This document shows positions 19,206 through 31,656 of a DNA stretch of 64,000 nt, piece by piece. The stretch spans positions 126 through 64,125 of the forward strand of contig JAGPDB010000009.1 in the NCBI GenBank assembly GCA_018057765.1, written 5' to 3'. Position numbers and translations under genes: made by a program. This stretch comes from Acidimicrobiia bacterium (GTDB lineage Bacteria; Actinomycetota; Acidimicrobiia; IMCC26256; JAGPDB01). The notes beneath the pieces are model-generated. The model was not told the DNA's origin. It ran no database searches and saw nothing but the letters and a program-made list of their open reading frames with translations. The stretch's first letter is position 1. Every line of letters begins with the position of its first letter.

Positions 19206-20264
19206 CTATTTGTCGATCTTCTTATCACGCCATTGTGGAAGTTTCGCATCAGATTTAGGTGCAGTTTCTATACCAAGTTCTTTTTCCATTTTTAACATTT
19301 CCAGCTTCTTCGATGTTTTGCTCTGCACAACTTGATCGCTTGATGAATCTGCTTGTCCAGAATTAACATTTAGATCTTCGCTAGCCTTATGGAACCGTGC
19401 TCTAAAATATTTCTCAAATTTAACTGGGTTTACTAAAGATACAAAGAGTTCTTCTATATCTTTACGTTCAGTGCTCATGTGATTGTTCCTCACCATAAAT
19501 GAATCTGTTCTTTCACTAAGCCTTAGTTGTGTAATATTTTTTGATTTAATATTCCCAATATATTCATTATCGGGCGCTTTGTCTTTTCTAGCGTGTGATT
19601 TACGAAATTCTTTTATACTCAGAGTTTTTATATCTTTTAACTTAGATAGTGGCAATAACACAGTATCGCTAAGTGTTATAGGATCACATAAAACAATACC
19701 ATTTGGAACGACTATAACTCTGCGACGAATAAGGTTGGTTGTTGTTGCACTAAAAAACAATAAAATGATTATTGCGAAGATGAAAAAAATAGAACTCATT
19801 AACCAATTAGAATTACTAATATTTAATATAAGAAAATAAATTAGTGTCCAAAAAAAAGACCACACCAATGCCGTAAACCCAGCTATATTGCCCGGAGTTT
19901 GTAAAATAAAAATTCTTTCATTGTTCACACCTATGTCACGAGTGAGAAATTCAGTAACTCTTGGTAGAAGTAGTAAAGCCATAGTTATTGTGTTAATAAA
20001 GAAAACTGTGAAAGATCCAATATTTTCTGAATTAAGAAAACTTTGGACGTAAACAAGCGCAGTGGCATATGCAAATATTTTAATTGCCCCTATACCGCTC
20101 AAGCTCTGTAGCGCCAACGACAAACCAACAGCGCTAAGACAAAATATGCTTATACCAAAAGTTATTTTTATTGAAATATTTGAATCAATATTTTTATTTA
20201 ATACCCAAGAATTAACCCCTAGAAGTATCAATATGTAGGCCAGTAGGATAAATCGTATTTTCAC
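19206..20264 (-). CDS. Membrane protein with ~170-aa cytoplasmic C-terminal region, function unknown
   Basis: The N-terminal half is ~6 hydrophobic helices and the C-terminal half is charged; no catalytic motif recognised. Confidence 0.55.
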   Translation of the reverse strand: MKIRFILLAYILILLGVNSWVLNKNIDSNISIKITFGISIFCLSAVGLSLALQSLSGIGAIKIFAYATALVYVQSFLNSENIGSFTVFFINTITMALLLLPRVTEFLTRDIGVNNERIFILQTPGNIAGFTALVWSFFWTLIYFLILNISNSNWLMSSIFFIFAIIILLFFSATTTNLIRRRVIVVPNGIVLCDPITLSDTVLLPLSKLKDIKTLSIKEFRKSHARKDKAPDNEYIGNIKSKNITQLRLSERTDSFMVRNNHMSTERKDIEELFVSLVNPVKFEKYFRARFHKASEDLNVNSGQADSSSDQVVQSKTSKKLEMLKMEKELGIETAPKSDAKLPQWRDKKIDK

Positions 20265-20343
20265 AACAACAATCTAGTAAAACTTGATTTAAAATCTGTT
20301 AAATATCTTTGTTTTTTAATAGACAAACACATTATTAAGCTAA

Positions 20344-22389
<2,046 letters not shown>

Positions 22390-22439
22390 TTTCTGGTCAT
22401 CTTTCGATTGTTCTATATCTAAACGAATAACCTATATGA

Positions 22440-23513
22440 ATGGAAAAATTCGGGTTTGTTGGTCTTCCCAACGCTGGTAAATCAACATTATTTAATGCTC
22501 TAGCTGGTGGTGGTGCATATGCTGCCCCTTATGCATTTGCAACTATTGAACCTAATGTAGGTAATGCAAAAGTTCCAGATTCACGTCTAGATGCATTGGC
22601 GCAAATGAGCCAGACCAAAGAAACCATTTATGCTTCCGTACAATTTGTTGATATTGGCGGACTTGTTGAAGGCGCACATAGTGGCGAAGGTTTGGGGAAT
22701 AAATTCTTGAGTCATATTCGTGAAGTTGATGGTGTTGTTTATGTGCTTCGTGCATTTGATGCTGGCGTACCTGGTCCAACTGATCCCTTAGAGCATTTGC
22801 GTGTTGTCGAGCTCGAACTTGTTTATGCCGATTATGAAAGTTGTGAAAAGCAATTAGAGAAAAAAATTAAACAGGCAAGAACAGATAAAGATATCGCTAC
22901 ACAAAATGAGATTGCTTCTAAAGCGTTGCAGCATTTAAAAGAGGGTACACCACTTTATCGTTCAACTATGAGCAAAGAAGATCGTGAAGCTATTAAAGAT
23001 TATTTTCTTTTGACGAACAAGCCTTTTATGGCTGTGTTAAATATTGCGGATGATCAACTCGATCAGGCAACTGAACTTGCAAATAAAGTATCCCAAGAAT
23101 TACCTGGCGTTGAAATCGTTCCGCTTTGTGTTCAGCTTGAAGCAGAAGCAGCACAAATTTCTGATAAAGATGAGCGTGGCGAGATGCTAGAAATGTTCGG
23201 TCTTGGCGAGGGTGCAATGCCTAAATTTATACATAGCGCATTTACAATGTTGGGCCTTCGAACATATTTTACAACTGGAGAAAAAGAAACACGTGCTTGG
23301 ACTTTTAAAGCTGGCGCCACCGCTCCTCAATGTGCTGGTGTTATTCACGGAGATTTTGAACGAGGGTTTATTAAAGCAGAAGTAGTTTCTTACGAAGATC
23401 TGATTGCAGCCGGTAGCTGGTCTAAATCTCGTGATGCTGGAAAACTGCGAATTGAAGGAAAAGATTACATATTCCAAGATGGTGATGTGACCGAATTCAG
23501 GTTCAACGTTTAA
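22440..23513 (+). CDS. ychF: Ribosome-binding ATPase YchF
   Basis: G1 motif GLPNAGKSTLFNA and the conserved C-terminal YchF/TGS region (TGEKETRAWTF...GVIHGDFERGFIKAEV). Confidence 0.93.
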   Translation: MEKFGFVGLPNAGKSTLFNALAGGGAYAAPYAFATIEPNVGNAKVPDSRLDALAQMSQTKETIYASVQFVDIGGLVEGAHSGEGLGNKFLSHIREVDGVVYVLRAFDAGVPGPTDPLEHLRVVELELVYADYESCEKQLEKKIKQARTDKDIATQNEIASKALQHLKEGTPLYRSTMSKEDREAIKDYFLLTNKPFMAVLNIADDQLDQATELANKVSQELPGVEIVPLCVQLEAEAAQISDKDERGEMLEMFGLGEGAMPKFIHSAFTMLGLRTYFTTGEKETRAWTFKAGATAPQCAGVIHGDFERGFIKAEVVSYEDLIAAGSWSKSRDAGKLRIEGKDYIFQDGDVTEFRFNV

Positions 23514-23715
23514 CTTTCCCAAGGTTCTACCCACGAAGCCAAACCCGTTTGTCAAGAATTGGGTAAATCGTATAATGTAAAGCAATTGCCATAAATGCTT
23601 GATTTAATCGGACTTTTCTGCAAATATATGTTCAATCAGCCAGAATAATAATTTAACAACGATCTTATACTCATTAATTATTAAAGATTTATAGCATTTG
23701 TGACGAAAAATAAAT

Positions 23716-26700
23716 ATGTATAGACAACGCCTATTAGTTTTACTAATTATGATTTCTTTGTTGTCTTTCCCACTTTATGCATTCGCAGATAATACAGCTC
23801 CAGAATCAAATACTGGTATTGTTGCTGGTATTGGTAAAAAAGGTGCAAGTTTAGTAGGTGTTGCAACTGGTGAAAATATTTCTAACTTTGGTTTTGAAAT
23901 AGGTGAAACTACATCTTATGGAATAACGATAAAAGATAATTCTGGCTTAGCTCCTAGACCTGGGTATTACTTTGATTCAGAAATAGGAAATGATGGCAGT
24001 AGCGATGGTCAATTATACTATCCAAACGGTATTGCTATTGATATTGATGGTAATACTTATGTAGCAGACACTTACAACTCCAGAGTTGTAAAATATGATG
24101 CTCTGGGAAATTTCGTTTCTTATATTGGTTCAAATGCTGGCTATGGAACTGGTTATATGTCACAACCTATAGCAGTAGTTGTTGATGCCAGTGGAAATCT
24201 TTTTGTTGCAGATAACGGGTATGGCAAAGTTATAAAATATGGACCCTCAGGAAATTTTCTGTCTGAATTCGGGACGTATGGACAAGATCCCGGGAAATTT
24301 TATGGATTGAGTTCAATAGCTCTTGATCCGTCTGGCAACATTTATACAACTGAAAATTATAATCATCGAATACAGAAGTTCGATTCTTCTGGAATACCAA
24401 TATTACAATTTGGCTCTCAAGGTGATAGTGATGGACATTTCGATAATCCTAGTGGTATTGCCATAGATACTATTGGGAACATTTATGTAGCTGATACTGG
24501 TAATAACCGTATACAAAAATTTGATTCTACAGGTAACTTTATTCATAAATTTGGCAGTTATGGTTCCCGCGAAGGTGAATTCAATTCGCCTAGTGGTATT
24601 GCTGTTGATTCTTCTGGAAATATTTTCGTTTCAGATCAATATAATAATCGTGTTCAAGAGTTTGATAGTGCAAATAGCTTTGTAGCACAGTGGGGAAAAC
24701 TTGGTTTAGATTACTATGGCAATATGTCAGGTCAAGGGGGCACTCAGAAAGGCCAGTTTGATCAACCACAAGGTATTGCTATTGATATTAACGGAAACTT
24801 TCTGGTTGTAGATAGGGCTAATAATCGTGTTCAAAAGTTTGTTAAAACAACACTCGTTGGAGAATATGCAATATCAATATCGAATTTAGATTGTGGTACA
24901 ACATATCACTATCGTTCTTTCGCAACAAATAGTGGTGGTACGACATATGGCGAAGATGCAACATTTACTACCGAGGGTTGTAGTCCTGGCCCTACGAACT
25001 TAACCGTGACGCCTAATGCTCTAAGCGCAAATTTAACATGGGAAGATACAACAAATAGCAACCCAGATTATTTCGGTATTTTCTATAGAAAAACAACAGA
25101 TACTACTTGGATATATGCAGGGAAAAATAATCGTGTATCACTTGCCGATGTATTAACTAGTTTAGATCCTGATACTGAATATGCAGTTAGGGTCGCAGCC
25201 TTCATAAATAGTGATGAGCAAAGTGCATATTCTAATACTGTCGTGTTTAAAACTAACACGCAAGAGGTCTATCAAGTTACAAACTGTCGTCAATTTCAAG
25301 CCATAGGAGTTGATCCAGTAACACATGAACATGGTGATTTAGAAGGTAATTATGTTTTGGCGAACAATATCGATTGTACAGAATCTGCTAGTTGGACATG
25401 GGATCCTATAGCTACTAGTGACGGTGGCGAAGCACCAGTTATTGATGTACAAGGTTTCTTCCCGATATTAGATGATGTAAATCTAGAGAGTTTCAGTGGA
25501 TTTAGAGGCACATTAGATGGTGACGGTCATAGTATTTCAAATATTACTCAAGTTTCTTCTGGTTTTACTGGTATTTTTGCTATTCTTCAAAATGCTACGA
25601 TCAAGAATATAAATTTTGATAACTACCAGGCTTCTATTACTTCTATGTCCATATACTCTGGTGGTCTTGCAGCGGTTTCGTCTGGCAATACAACTATAGA
25701 CAATGTGACCATTAATGGTGATGTGCAAACAGTTCAAAATGATGCTGGGAAACAACCAGTATTTGATGGCATCACAGGTATTACTACTTCTTCTGATGGT
25801 AGGATATTTGTAGCAGATAGATATAGACAAAATATACAAGTACTTAATTCTAGTTTTGAAGTTGAGAAGAATATTAATGTACCAAGTAGTTCATATGGCG
25901 ATCGAGAATCTAGTCCAGTTGATGTAGCAGTTGATACTTCCGGAAATATATATGCTTTAGATCATTATGGAAATCAAGTTGATAAGTTTGATGCCAACGG
26001 TACCCTATTAGATGAAATTGGAAATCATAATGATGATGGCAATGACCTTTCATACGCAAATGGTTTAACAACAGATTCTGCAGGCAATATCTATGTTGCT
26101 GATACTCATAATAGTCGTATACAAAAGTTTGATTCGTCAGGTAACCATACAATGAATATTGGCAGTAATGGTAATGCTAATGGTGAACTAGACAATCCAC
26201 AAGGTGTAGCAGTCGATTCCTCAGGCAATATTTTTGTGGCAGATACCAATAATAATCGAATTCAAAAATTTGATTCTGATGGTAACTATATTTCTAAATT
26301 TGGTACTAGTGGCAATGATCCAGGCCAAATGCAATATCCTTTTAAATTAACTATTGATAGCACAGGTAATATCTACGTAGTATCTAGTCAAAGAGTTCAG
26401 AAATTTGATTCAACTGGCAACTTTATATTGCTTATACCTGGTGGGAATTATGATAACAATCAACTTACATATCCTTGTGGAGTTGCAGTTACAACGTTAG
26501 GTCATATTTTGATAACTGATAGCTATCGTAATATGATAAGGGAATACGACTCTAGCGGTACTCAGATTGGTTCCTATGGTGATCGAACTAAAGAAATGAG
26601 TATTTTTGGTGGGATGATTGGTGCATCCGGTATATTTGATGAACGTAATGGTGCTACTATTAGTAATTCGAAAGTAAATTTAAACATAACGTTTGATGAC

Positions 26701-27864
26701 CCAGGTAATACTGTCGATCTTGTATCAGTGGCTGGAATCGTCGGTTATGGAATTGCAGATATCAAAAATAGTTCTTCTAGTGGCGATATTGCTTTAAGTG
26801 GATCAAACGGTTATGTCGTTGGTGGTTTGGGTAGCATGTATTCCGGCGATAGTAGTAATTCATTTTCGACAAGCGATATTACAATAGACTCGCCAGGAAC
26901 AGCCTTAGTAGTTGGTGGCTTATTCGCTCAAGTTATGCCTCTTAGGGAAGGATCTTCGAGTAGTTCATCTGAAGATCAAGGCAACATTTCTAATTCTTAT
27001 TATAGTGGTAATATTTCAGTTCCTGCTTCTAGTGGCAATGAGGAAATGTATGTTGTTGGAGGTTTATTAGGTTACCAAATAGATGGCTCGCTAAAAAATA
27101 ACTTTAGTACAGGCACAATTAATATTATTCAACCCGTAGCTAATACTGGAACAAATAATACAATGGAAGAAAGATTTGTAGCTATTGGTTCACTTGCTGG
27201 TGTCTTAGGGATGTCCACTGAGGACATATCTAATAATCACTACGATGCGCATACTTCTGTTATTGATGGATGCGTAGCTATGATAATGGATCCTCATACC
27301 GAAGAAATACTAGAACTTAATGAAAGCAATTGTAAAGCAGTAAACATTGATGGTACACAGAATGATTATTTTAAAAATAATAATACTGTTCATCCTTTGA
27401 GTGAATGGGATTTCACAAGTATTTGGCATATAGAACAAGGTAAGCTACCACAACTAGGCGTGCTTGCACCAGTAGTGCCTGATCCTTTATTGACTCCAGA
27501 TCCAACACCAGAAAATGGAAACGGAAACGTCAGCAAACAAGACTCCTTAGTTACAATAACACCTTCAGAGTTATTTAACCCGACTACAAAAGAAGTAGCG
27601 GTATCGGACAATAAAAATGAAGAAATTAAGAAAGCTCAAGAGTCAACAATTGCGCTACCAAAAATTCCAAAGATGTCAGATATAGCAAACGTTTTAGGTG
27701 AAGTTGAAAAGAAGTCAGCTCAAAATAATAAAGCTGCATCAATAGCCACTGAAAAATCAAATACTTTTCTTTGGTCAATGTTAGGTATCTCGATCATCTC
27801 GCTTTTAGCAGGTGCATATATTTACTTTGTTAAGCGTAAGAAAGAAATAATAAGTCAAGTTTAG
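23716..27864 (+). CDS. Giant cell-surface protein: signal peptide, 2 x six NHL repeats, FN3-like modules, GLUG-type region, C-terminal membrane anchor
   Basis: Signal peptide ...PLYAFA/DN. There are twelve NHL-type repeats (e.g. GIAIDTIGNIYVADTGNNRIQKFDSTGN) and an FN3-like segment (LTVTPNALSANLTWED...YAVRVAA). GLUG-type pattern FRGTLDGDGHSISNI with GGLAA, VAGIVGYG, VGGLGS, VGGLFA and VGGLLGY. A Pro-rich stalk precedes a TM helix plus KRKK at the C-terminus. Confidence 0.85.
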   Translation: MYRQRLLVLLIMISLLSFPLYAFADNTAPESNTGIVAGIGKKGASLVGVATGENISNFGFEIGETTSYGITIKDNSGLAPRPGYYFDSEIGNDGSSDGQLYYPNGIAIDIDGNTYVADTYNSRVVKYDALGNFVSYIGSNAGYGTGYMSQPIAVVVDASGNLFVADNGYGKVIKYGPSGNFLSEFGTYGQDPGKFYGLSSIALDPSGNIYTTENYNHRIQKFDSSGIPILQFGSQGDSDGHFDNPSGIAIDTIGNIYVADTGNNRIQKFDSTGNFIHKFGSYGSREGEFNSPSGIAVDSSGNIFVSDQYNNRVQEFDSANSFVAQWGKLGLDYYGNMSGQGGTQKGQFDQPQGIAIDINGNFLVVDRANNRVQKFVKTTLVGEYAISISNLDCGTTYHYRSFATNSGGTTYGEDATFTTEGCSPGPTNLTVTPNALSANLTWEDTTNSNPDYFGIFYRKTTDTTWIYAGKNNRVSLADVLTSLDPDTEYAVRVAAFINSDEQSAYSNTVVFKTNTQEVYQVTNCRQFQAIGVDPVTHEHGDLEGNYVLANNIDCTESASWTWDPIATSDGGEAPVIDVQGFFPILDDVNLESFSGFRGTLDGDGHSISNITQVSSGFTGIFAILQNATIKNINFDNYQASITSMSIYSGGLAAVSSGNTTIDNVTINGDVQTVQNDAGKQPVFDGITGITTSSDGRIFVADRYRQNIQVLNSSFEVEKNINVPSSSYGDRESSPVDVAVDTSGNIYALDHYGNQVDKFDANGTLLDEIGNHNDDGNDLSYANGLTTDSAGNIYVADTHNSRIQKFDSSGNHTMNIGSNGNANGELDNPQGVAVDSSGNIFVADTNNNRIQKFDSDGNYISKFGTSGNDPGQMQYPFKLTIDSTGNIYVVSSQRVQKFDSTGNFILLIPGGNYDNNQLTYPCGVAVTTLGHILITDSYRNMIREYDSSGTQIGSYGDRTKEMSIFGGMIGASGIFDERNGATISNSKVNLNITFDDPGNTVDLVSVAGIVGYGIADIKNSSSSGDIALSGSNGYVVGGLGSMYSGDSSNSFSTSDITIDSPGTALVVGGLFAQVMPLREGSSSSSSEDQGNISNSYYSGNISVPASSGNEEMYVVGGLLGYQIDGSLKNNFSTGTINIIQPVANTGTNNTMEERFVAIGSLAGVLGMSTEDISNNHYDAHTSVIDGCVAMIMDPHTEEILELNESNCKAVNIDGTQNDYFKNNNTVHPLSEWDFTSIWHIEQGKLPQLGVLAPVVPDPLLTPDPTPENGNGNVSKQDSLVTITPSELFNPTTKEVAVSDNKNEEIKKAQESTIALPKIPKMSDIANVLGEVEKKSAQNNKAASIATEKSNTFLWSMLGISIISLLAGAYIYFVKRKKEIISQV

Positions 27865-27869
27865 AAAAA

Positions 27870-28358
27870 CTAAACAGTGACTCTAAAATCCCAAGTGTAA
27901 GTTTGTGGATTAATATTTTCTGACTCATCTACTTTCCAATAAATAACTTGCGCATTATGAGGACCTGCTTCAAAAAATGGAAATACTTTACCTGCGCTTG
28001 GTTGATATGTTATTTGACCTAAAGATTTAACAACAATAACTTGATCATCTGGTATAGCTTTACCATCGATTAGTAATCTCCCAGTAAAACCATCCGCTAA
28101 ATTAACGCTTACTTCAGAAGTTGGTCTTAATAAGCCTCCAGGTGTTGGGTCGACTTTTTGCACATTGACATCGCTAACAGCAATAGTATTTGTATCAGAT
28201 GAAGAAACAGAGATGACAAAAAAGATACCAGCTAGTGCTACTAGTGCAGCAACAACAGAAACTCTTATAATCTTTGTCCTGCTAGCAATTATTGTTTTCT
28301 TATTAGTTGTCACTTCAATATTATAACTTAGGGAACTAATATTGCCTAAGTTGGGCAA
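27870..28358 (-). CDS. Membrane-anchored hypothetical protein
   Basis: 162-codon ORF with a single N-terminal TM helix followed by a beta-rich domain; no motif. Divergent from the kinase gene. Confidence 0.5.
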   Translation of the reverse strand: MPNLGNISSLSYNIEVTTNKKTIIASRTKIIRVSVVAALVALAGIFFVISVSSSDTNTIAVSDVNVQKVDPTPGGLLRPTSEVSVNLADGFTGRLLIDGKAIPDDQVIVVKSLGQITYQPSAGKVFPFFEAGPHNAQVIYWKVDESENINPQTYTWDFRVTV

Positions 28359-28410
28359 ACAAATCTAACATGCACAAAAACCAGCAAAATCGCTACTAAA
28401 CTAAAACTAT

Positions 28411-30297
28411 ATGCCAAACACGATGGATCTAACAGGGCGAGTATTATCAAACCGATATCGGCTAATCAGTGGCGTCGGTATGGGTTCTTCTGGCGTTGTA
28501 TACGCAGCTACTGATGTTAATCTTAAACGCCAAGTTGCTGTAAAAGTCTTGCATCGTGGTTACAATGCAGATTTAGCTTTTTTGCGTAGGTTCAGGGCAG
28601 AAGCACAACTTGCTGCGAATTTACATCATCATAATATTGTTTCTGTTTTTGACTGGGGTGAAGACGAGGTTCCGTATTTGGTTTTGGAACTTTTAGAGGG
28701 TGGCTCATTGCGGTCAATGCTTGATGAGGGTGTCCGACTGACTCCTGCACAAGCATGCCATGTTGGTATGCAGGTTTGTGCAGCGCTTGAATATTCTCAT
28801 ACACGATCAATTGTACATCGCGATATTAAACCTGCAAATTTACTTTTTGATGAACATGGTGTTATTCGTGTTGCAGATTTTGGTTTAGCGCGTGCCTTAG
28901 CCGAAGCTAGTTTTACTGAACCTAGCGGTGCTGTTATTGGTACTGCTCGTTATGCGTCACCTGAACAGGCTAGCGGTGTTGGGTTAGATGGTCGTAGTGA
29001 TTTGTATTCTTTGGCTTTAGTTTTACATGAAGCAGTAACTGGGGAAGTTCCATTCGCGGGTGATACCATTACTTCAACTTTGGCAGCTCGTATTAAAAAC
29101 GATATTGTTGCTAATAAAAAACTTGGTGTTTTAGGTAGCGTTGTGGAACGTGCTGGTTGTGCTGACCCCGATCAGCGTTATCCTGATGCTAAAACTATGT
29201 TTAAAGCATTGAGTGATATTGCACAAGTTTTACCAAAGCCAGGCCCATTAACTTTGGTTCCTGAGGATGGTCAAGTAATTGACCCGAATCCAACAAATAT
29301 TGTTATTACTCCTACAAATCTTTTTGATCAAGAAGCTAATGGAGCTGGTAGCGAACTTTCACCCGAGCAAGTTTCTGAACAATTTCATAAACAAGAAAAA
29401 TTAGATAGACACTTTGGTCCTCGTCAATTAATCGGGGCTGGTATTTTTACTGTTATTCTCGCAATTTTAATTGCTGGTATGTTTAGTTTTATTACATCGA
29501 GTCAAGCGTCAGTAATTGTTCCTAATGTTGCTGGATTGCAAAAAGATGTTGCATCAGCAAAAATCGCCACTACTGGTTTGCGTGTTAAGTTTCAACAAGT
29601 TTTTTCTGATGATCCAGTAAGTTCTGTTATCAGTACCACCCCAAATGCTGGCTCATATGCTGATAGTTCAGGCACAGTCACTTTGGTTCTTTCAAGAGGA
29701 CCTAAACCTATTGATGCAGTTGATGTTATGAAGGAAGCAATGTCTCCTGCTGATGCGAAAACAGCTTTGGAAGCTTTAGGTTTTATAGTTGTTGAACGAC
29801 GTGAATTTAATGAAACTATCCTCAAAGATAATTTGATTTCTACAGACCCTGGTACTTCAGGAAAGCTTCCACCAGAGACGGTTATTACTCTGGTGATCAG
29901 CGACGGTCCAACGCCTATAGCGATCCCTAATGTTGCTGGCAAGACTTATGATGAAGCAGCGAACATTTTAACTGGGTCTAAATTCACGCCTGCTCGTAAA
30001 GATGAATTTTCTGATACTGTAGCTTCAGGAACTGTAATTAGTACTTCTCCTGGTAATGGTGAGAAAGCGCAAAAAGGTTCTACTATTACTATTATTGTTT
30101 CTAAAGGACCTGATCTTATAACTGTTCCTTCGCTGGTTGGTTCTGCAGTCGATGATGCATCAGCAAAATTAACAGCAATAGGTTTAGTTCCAGAAGTTCA
30201 AGGAAAATACAAACCAAAACCGACAGTTGCTGCAATGGATCCTGTTGCAGGTTCAAAAATTAAACGTGGTTCATCAGTCACACTGTTTTTAAAATAG
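28411..30297 (+). CDS. Transmembrane Ser/Thr protein kinase with four extracellular PASTA domains
   Basis: Hanks kinase motifs VAVKVL, HRDIKPANLL, DFGLARA and GTARYASPEQ. A TM helix (LIGAGIFTVILAILIAGMF) is followed by four PASTA-like units (VPNVAG..., IPNVAGKTYDEA..., VPSLVGS...). Confidence 0.9.
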   Translation: MPNTMDLTGRVLSNRYRLISGVGMGSSGVVYAATDVNLKRQVAVKVLHRGYNADLAFLRRFRAEAQLAANLHHHNIVSVFDWGEDEVPYLVLELLEGGSLRSMLDEGVRLTPAQACHVGMQVCAALEYSHTRSIVHRDIKPANLLFDEHGVIRVADFGLARALAEASFTEPSGAVIGTARYASPEQASGVGLDGRSDLYSLALVLHEAVTGEVPFAGDTITSTLAARIKNDIVANKKLGVLGSVVERAGCADPDQRYPDAKTMFKALSDIAQVLPKPGPLTLVPEDGQVIDPNPTNIVITPTNLFDQEANGAGSELSPEQVSEQFHKQEKLDRHFGPRQLIGAGIFTVILAILIAGMFSFITSSQASVIVPNVAGLQKDVASAKIATTGLRVKFQQVFSDDPVSSVISTTPNAGSYADSSGTVTLVLSRGPKPIDAVDVMKEAMSPADAKTALEALGFIVVERREFNETILKDNLISTDPGTSGKLPPETVITLVISDGPTPIAIPNVAGKTYDEAANILTGSKFTPARKDEFSDTVASGTVISTSPGNGEKAQKGSTITIIVSKGPDLITVPSLVGSAVDDASAKLTAIGLVPEVQGKYKPKPTVAAMDPVAGSKIKRGSSVTLFLK

Positions 30298-30310
30298 AAA
30301 GAAAAATAAA

Positions 30311-31162
30311 ATGGGAAAATTAGAAGGTAGAGTAGTAATGATTACTGGTGCTGGCCGTGGTATCGGTCGTGAACATGCACTATATATGGCGAGTCAAGGA
30401 GCAAGTGTTGTTGTCAATGATCTTGGCGATGTCAGCGAAGTTGTTGATGAGATTATTGCAGCCGGCGGTAAAGCGGCTGGTAATACGGATGACATCACTA
30501 CTGTTGATGGTGCAAAAAATCTTGTTGGAACTGCAATAAACGAATTTGGTGATCTGCATGCACTTGTAAATAATGCTGGTATCCTTCGTGATAAAATGTT
30601 GGTTACAATGGATGAGTCCGACTGGGACAGCGTTATCAATGTTCATTTACGCGGACATTTTTGTCCTACTCAGGCAGCTGCTCAATATTGGAGAAACAAA
30701 GCAAAAGAATCTGGCGAAGATTCCGTAAAAGCAGCATTGGTTCACACAACTTCAACTTCTGGTTTACTAGGCAATGTTGGCCAGACTAATTATGGTGCTG
30801 CTAAAGCTGGTATTGCTTCTTTTAGTCAAATCTGCGCTATGGAATTAACTCGTTATGGTGTTCGATCTAATGCTATTGCTCCAGCTGCAAGAACTCGGAT
30901 GACAGAACATACACCTGGTTTTGAAGATATGGTAAAGGTTCCAGAAGATCCTAATGCTTTCGATGCTTGGCATCCTGGTAATGTTTCTCCAATGGTTGCT
31001 TATCTAGTTAGTGAGGATTGTAAATTTAACGGTGAAACATATTTTGTTACTGGTGGTTTAATACAGAAATTTATTCCTTGGGCTATGAGCGATGTCGAAG
31101 GGGACAAGCTTTCTAAAGATGCGCGTTGGACTCTAGACGAAATCTCTGCTGCCTTTTCTTAA
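30311..31162 (+). CDS. Short-chain dehydrogenase/reductase (SDR)
   Basis: ITGAGRGIGR cofactor motif, NNAGILRD, and catalytic YGAAKAG (YxxxK). Confidence 0.85.
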   Translation: MGKLEGRVVMITGAGRGIGREHALYMASQGASVVVNDLGDVSEVVDEIIAAGGKAAGNTDDITTVDGAKNLVGTAINEFGDLHALVNNAGILRDKMLVTMDESDWDSVINVHLRGHFCPTQAAAQYWRNKAKESGEDSVKAALVHTTSTSGLLGNVGQTNYGAAKAGIASFSQICAMELTRYGVRSNAIAPAARTRMTEHTPGFEDMVKVPEDPNAFDAWHPGNVSPMVAYLVSEDCKFNGETYFVTGGLIQKFIPWAMSDVEGDKLSKDARWTLDEISAAFS

Positions 31163-31184
31163 TACACTACATCTTGACGAGGCC

Positions 31185-31206
31185 TTACAAGGTCCGTCCT
31201 TGCAAA
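31185..31206 (+). repeat. Solo copy of the hairpin repeat seen at 15640-15712
   Basis: TTACAAGGTCCGTCCTTGCAAA is identical over 22 nt to 15640-15661 and forms a CAAGG-TCCGT-CCTTG stem-loop. It lies 23 nt after the SDR stop codon. Confidence 0.75.
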
Positions 31207-31377
31207 ATATAGACAAAAGGTATAAAGCCACTTAGAGTGAAAATGTAATTCTTAATTTATAATTGAAAATACTGAAATTGCTTGTAAATATCCACCCAGT
31301 TATGTACGATATAACTATTAAAGGCGGATAAGTTACCAACGCGTATAGTGTTGGTACTTACTTTATTAGGGGTTTCG

Positions 31378-31656
31378 ATGAGGCGATTTAGAAATGGTGC
31401 AACACAACGACCAGTTTTTAAACGACCAGGTATAGCTTATGGACAATATTGTTCTGGCGCACCTGGTCCAACAAGACAAATAAAACCTTGTTTAGACATT
31501 GTTCCAGAAATGTTTATTGAAAACAGTGAACAGCCATTGCAGCAAACCTATTTTATCGATAATCGCCAAGATAGTAATAATAAAGTAAAAATAGATTCTC
31601 CGGAACTAGAAAAAATTAAATCAAAAACTATTATCGATCTTCGCGAATTTCATTAA
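31378..31656 (+). CDS. Hypothetical small protein
   Basis: The ATG at 31378 is preceded by an AGGGG Shine-Dalgarno-like sequence ~8 nt upstream. 92 aa, no motif. The ORF-track start (31348) is less convincing. Confidence 0.35.
   Translation: MRRFRNGATQRPVFKRPGIAYGQYCSGAPGPTRQIKPCLDIVPEMFIENSEQPLQQTYFIDNRQDSNNKVKIDSPELEKIKSKTIIDLREFH

Noticed and set aside
23968-26590. Internal DNA repeats in the NHL gene as a mobile or variable repeat array
   Set aside because: The repeats are diverged at the nucleotide level and correspond to protein NHL blades. There are no exact long repeats suggestive of recombination cassettes.
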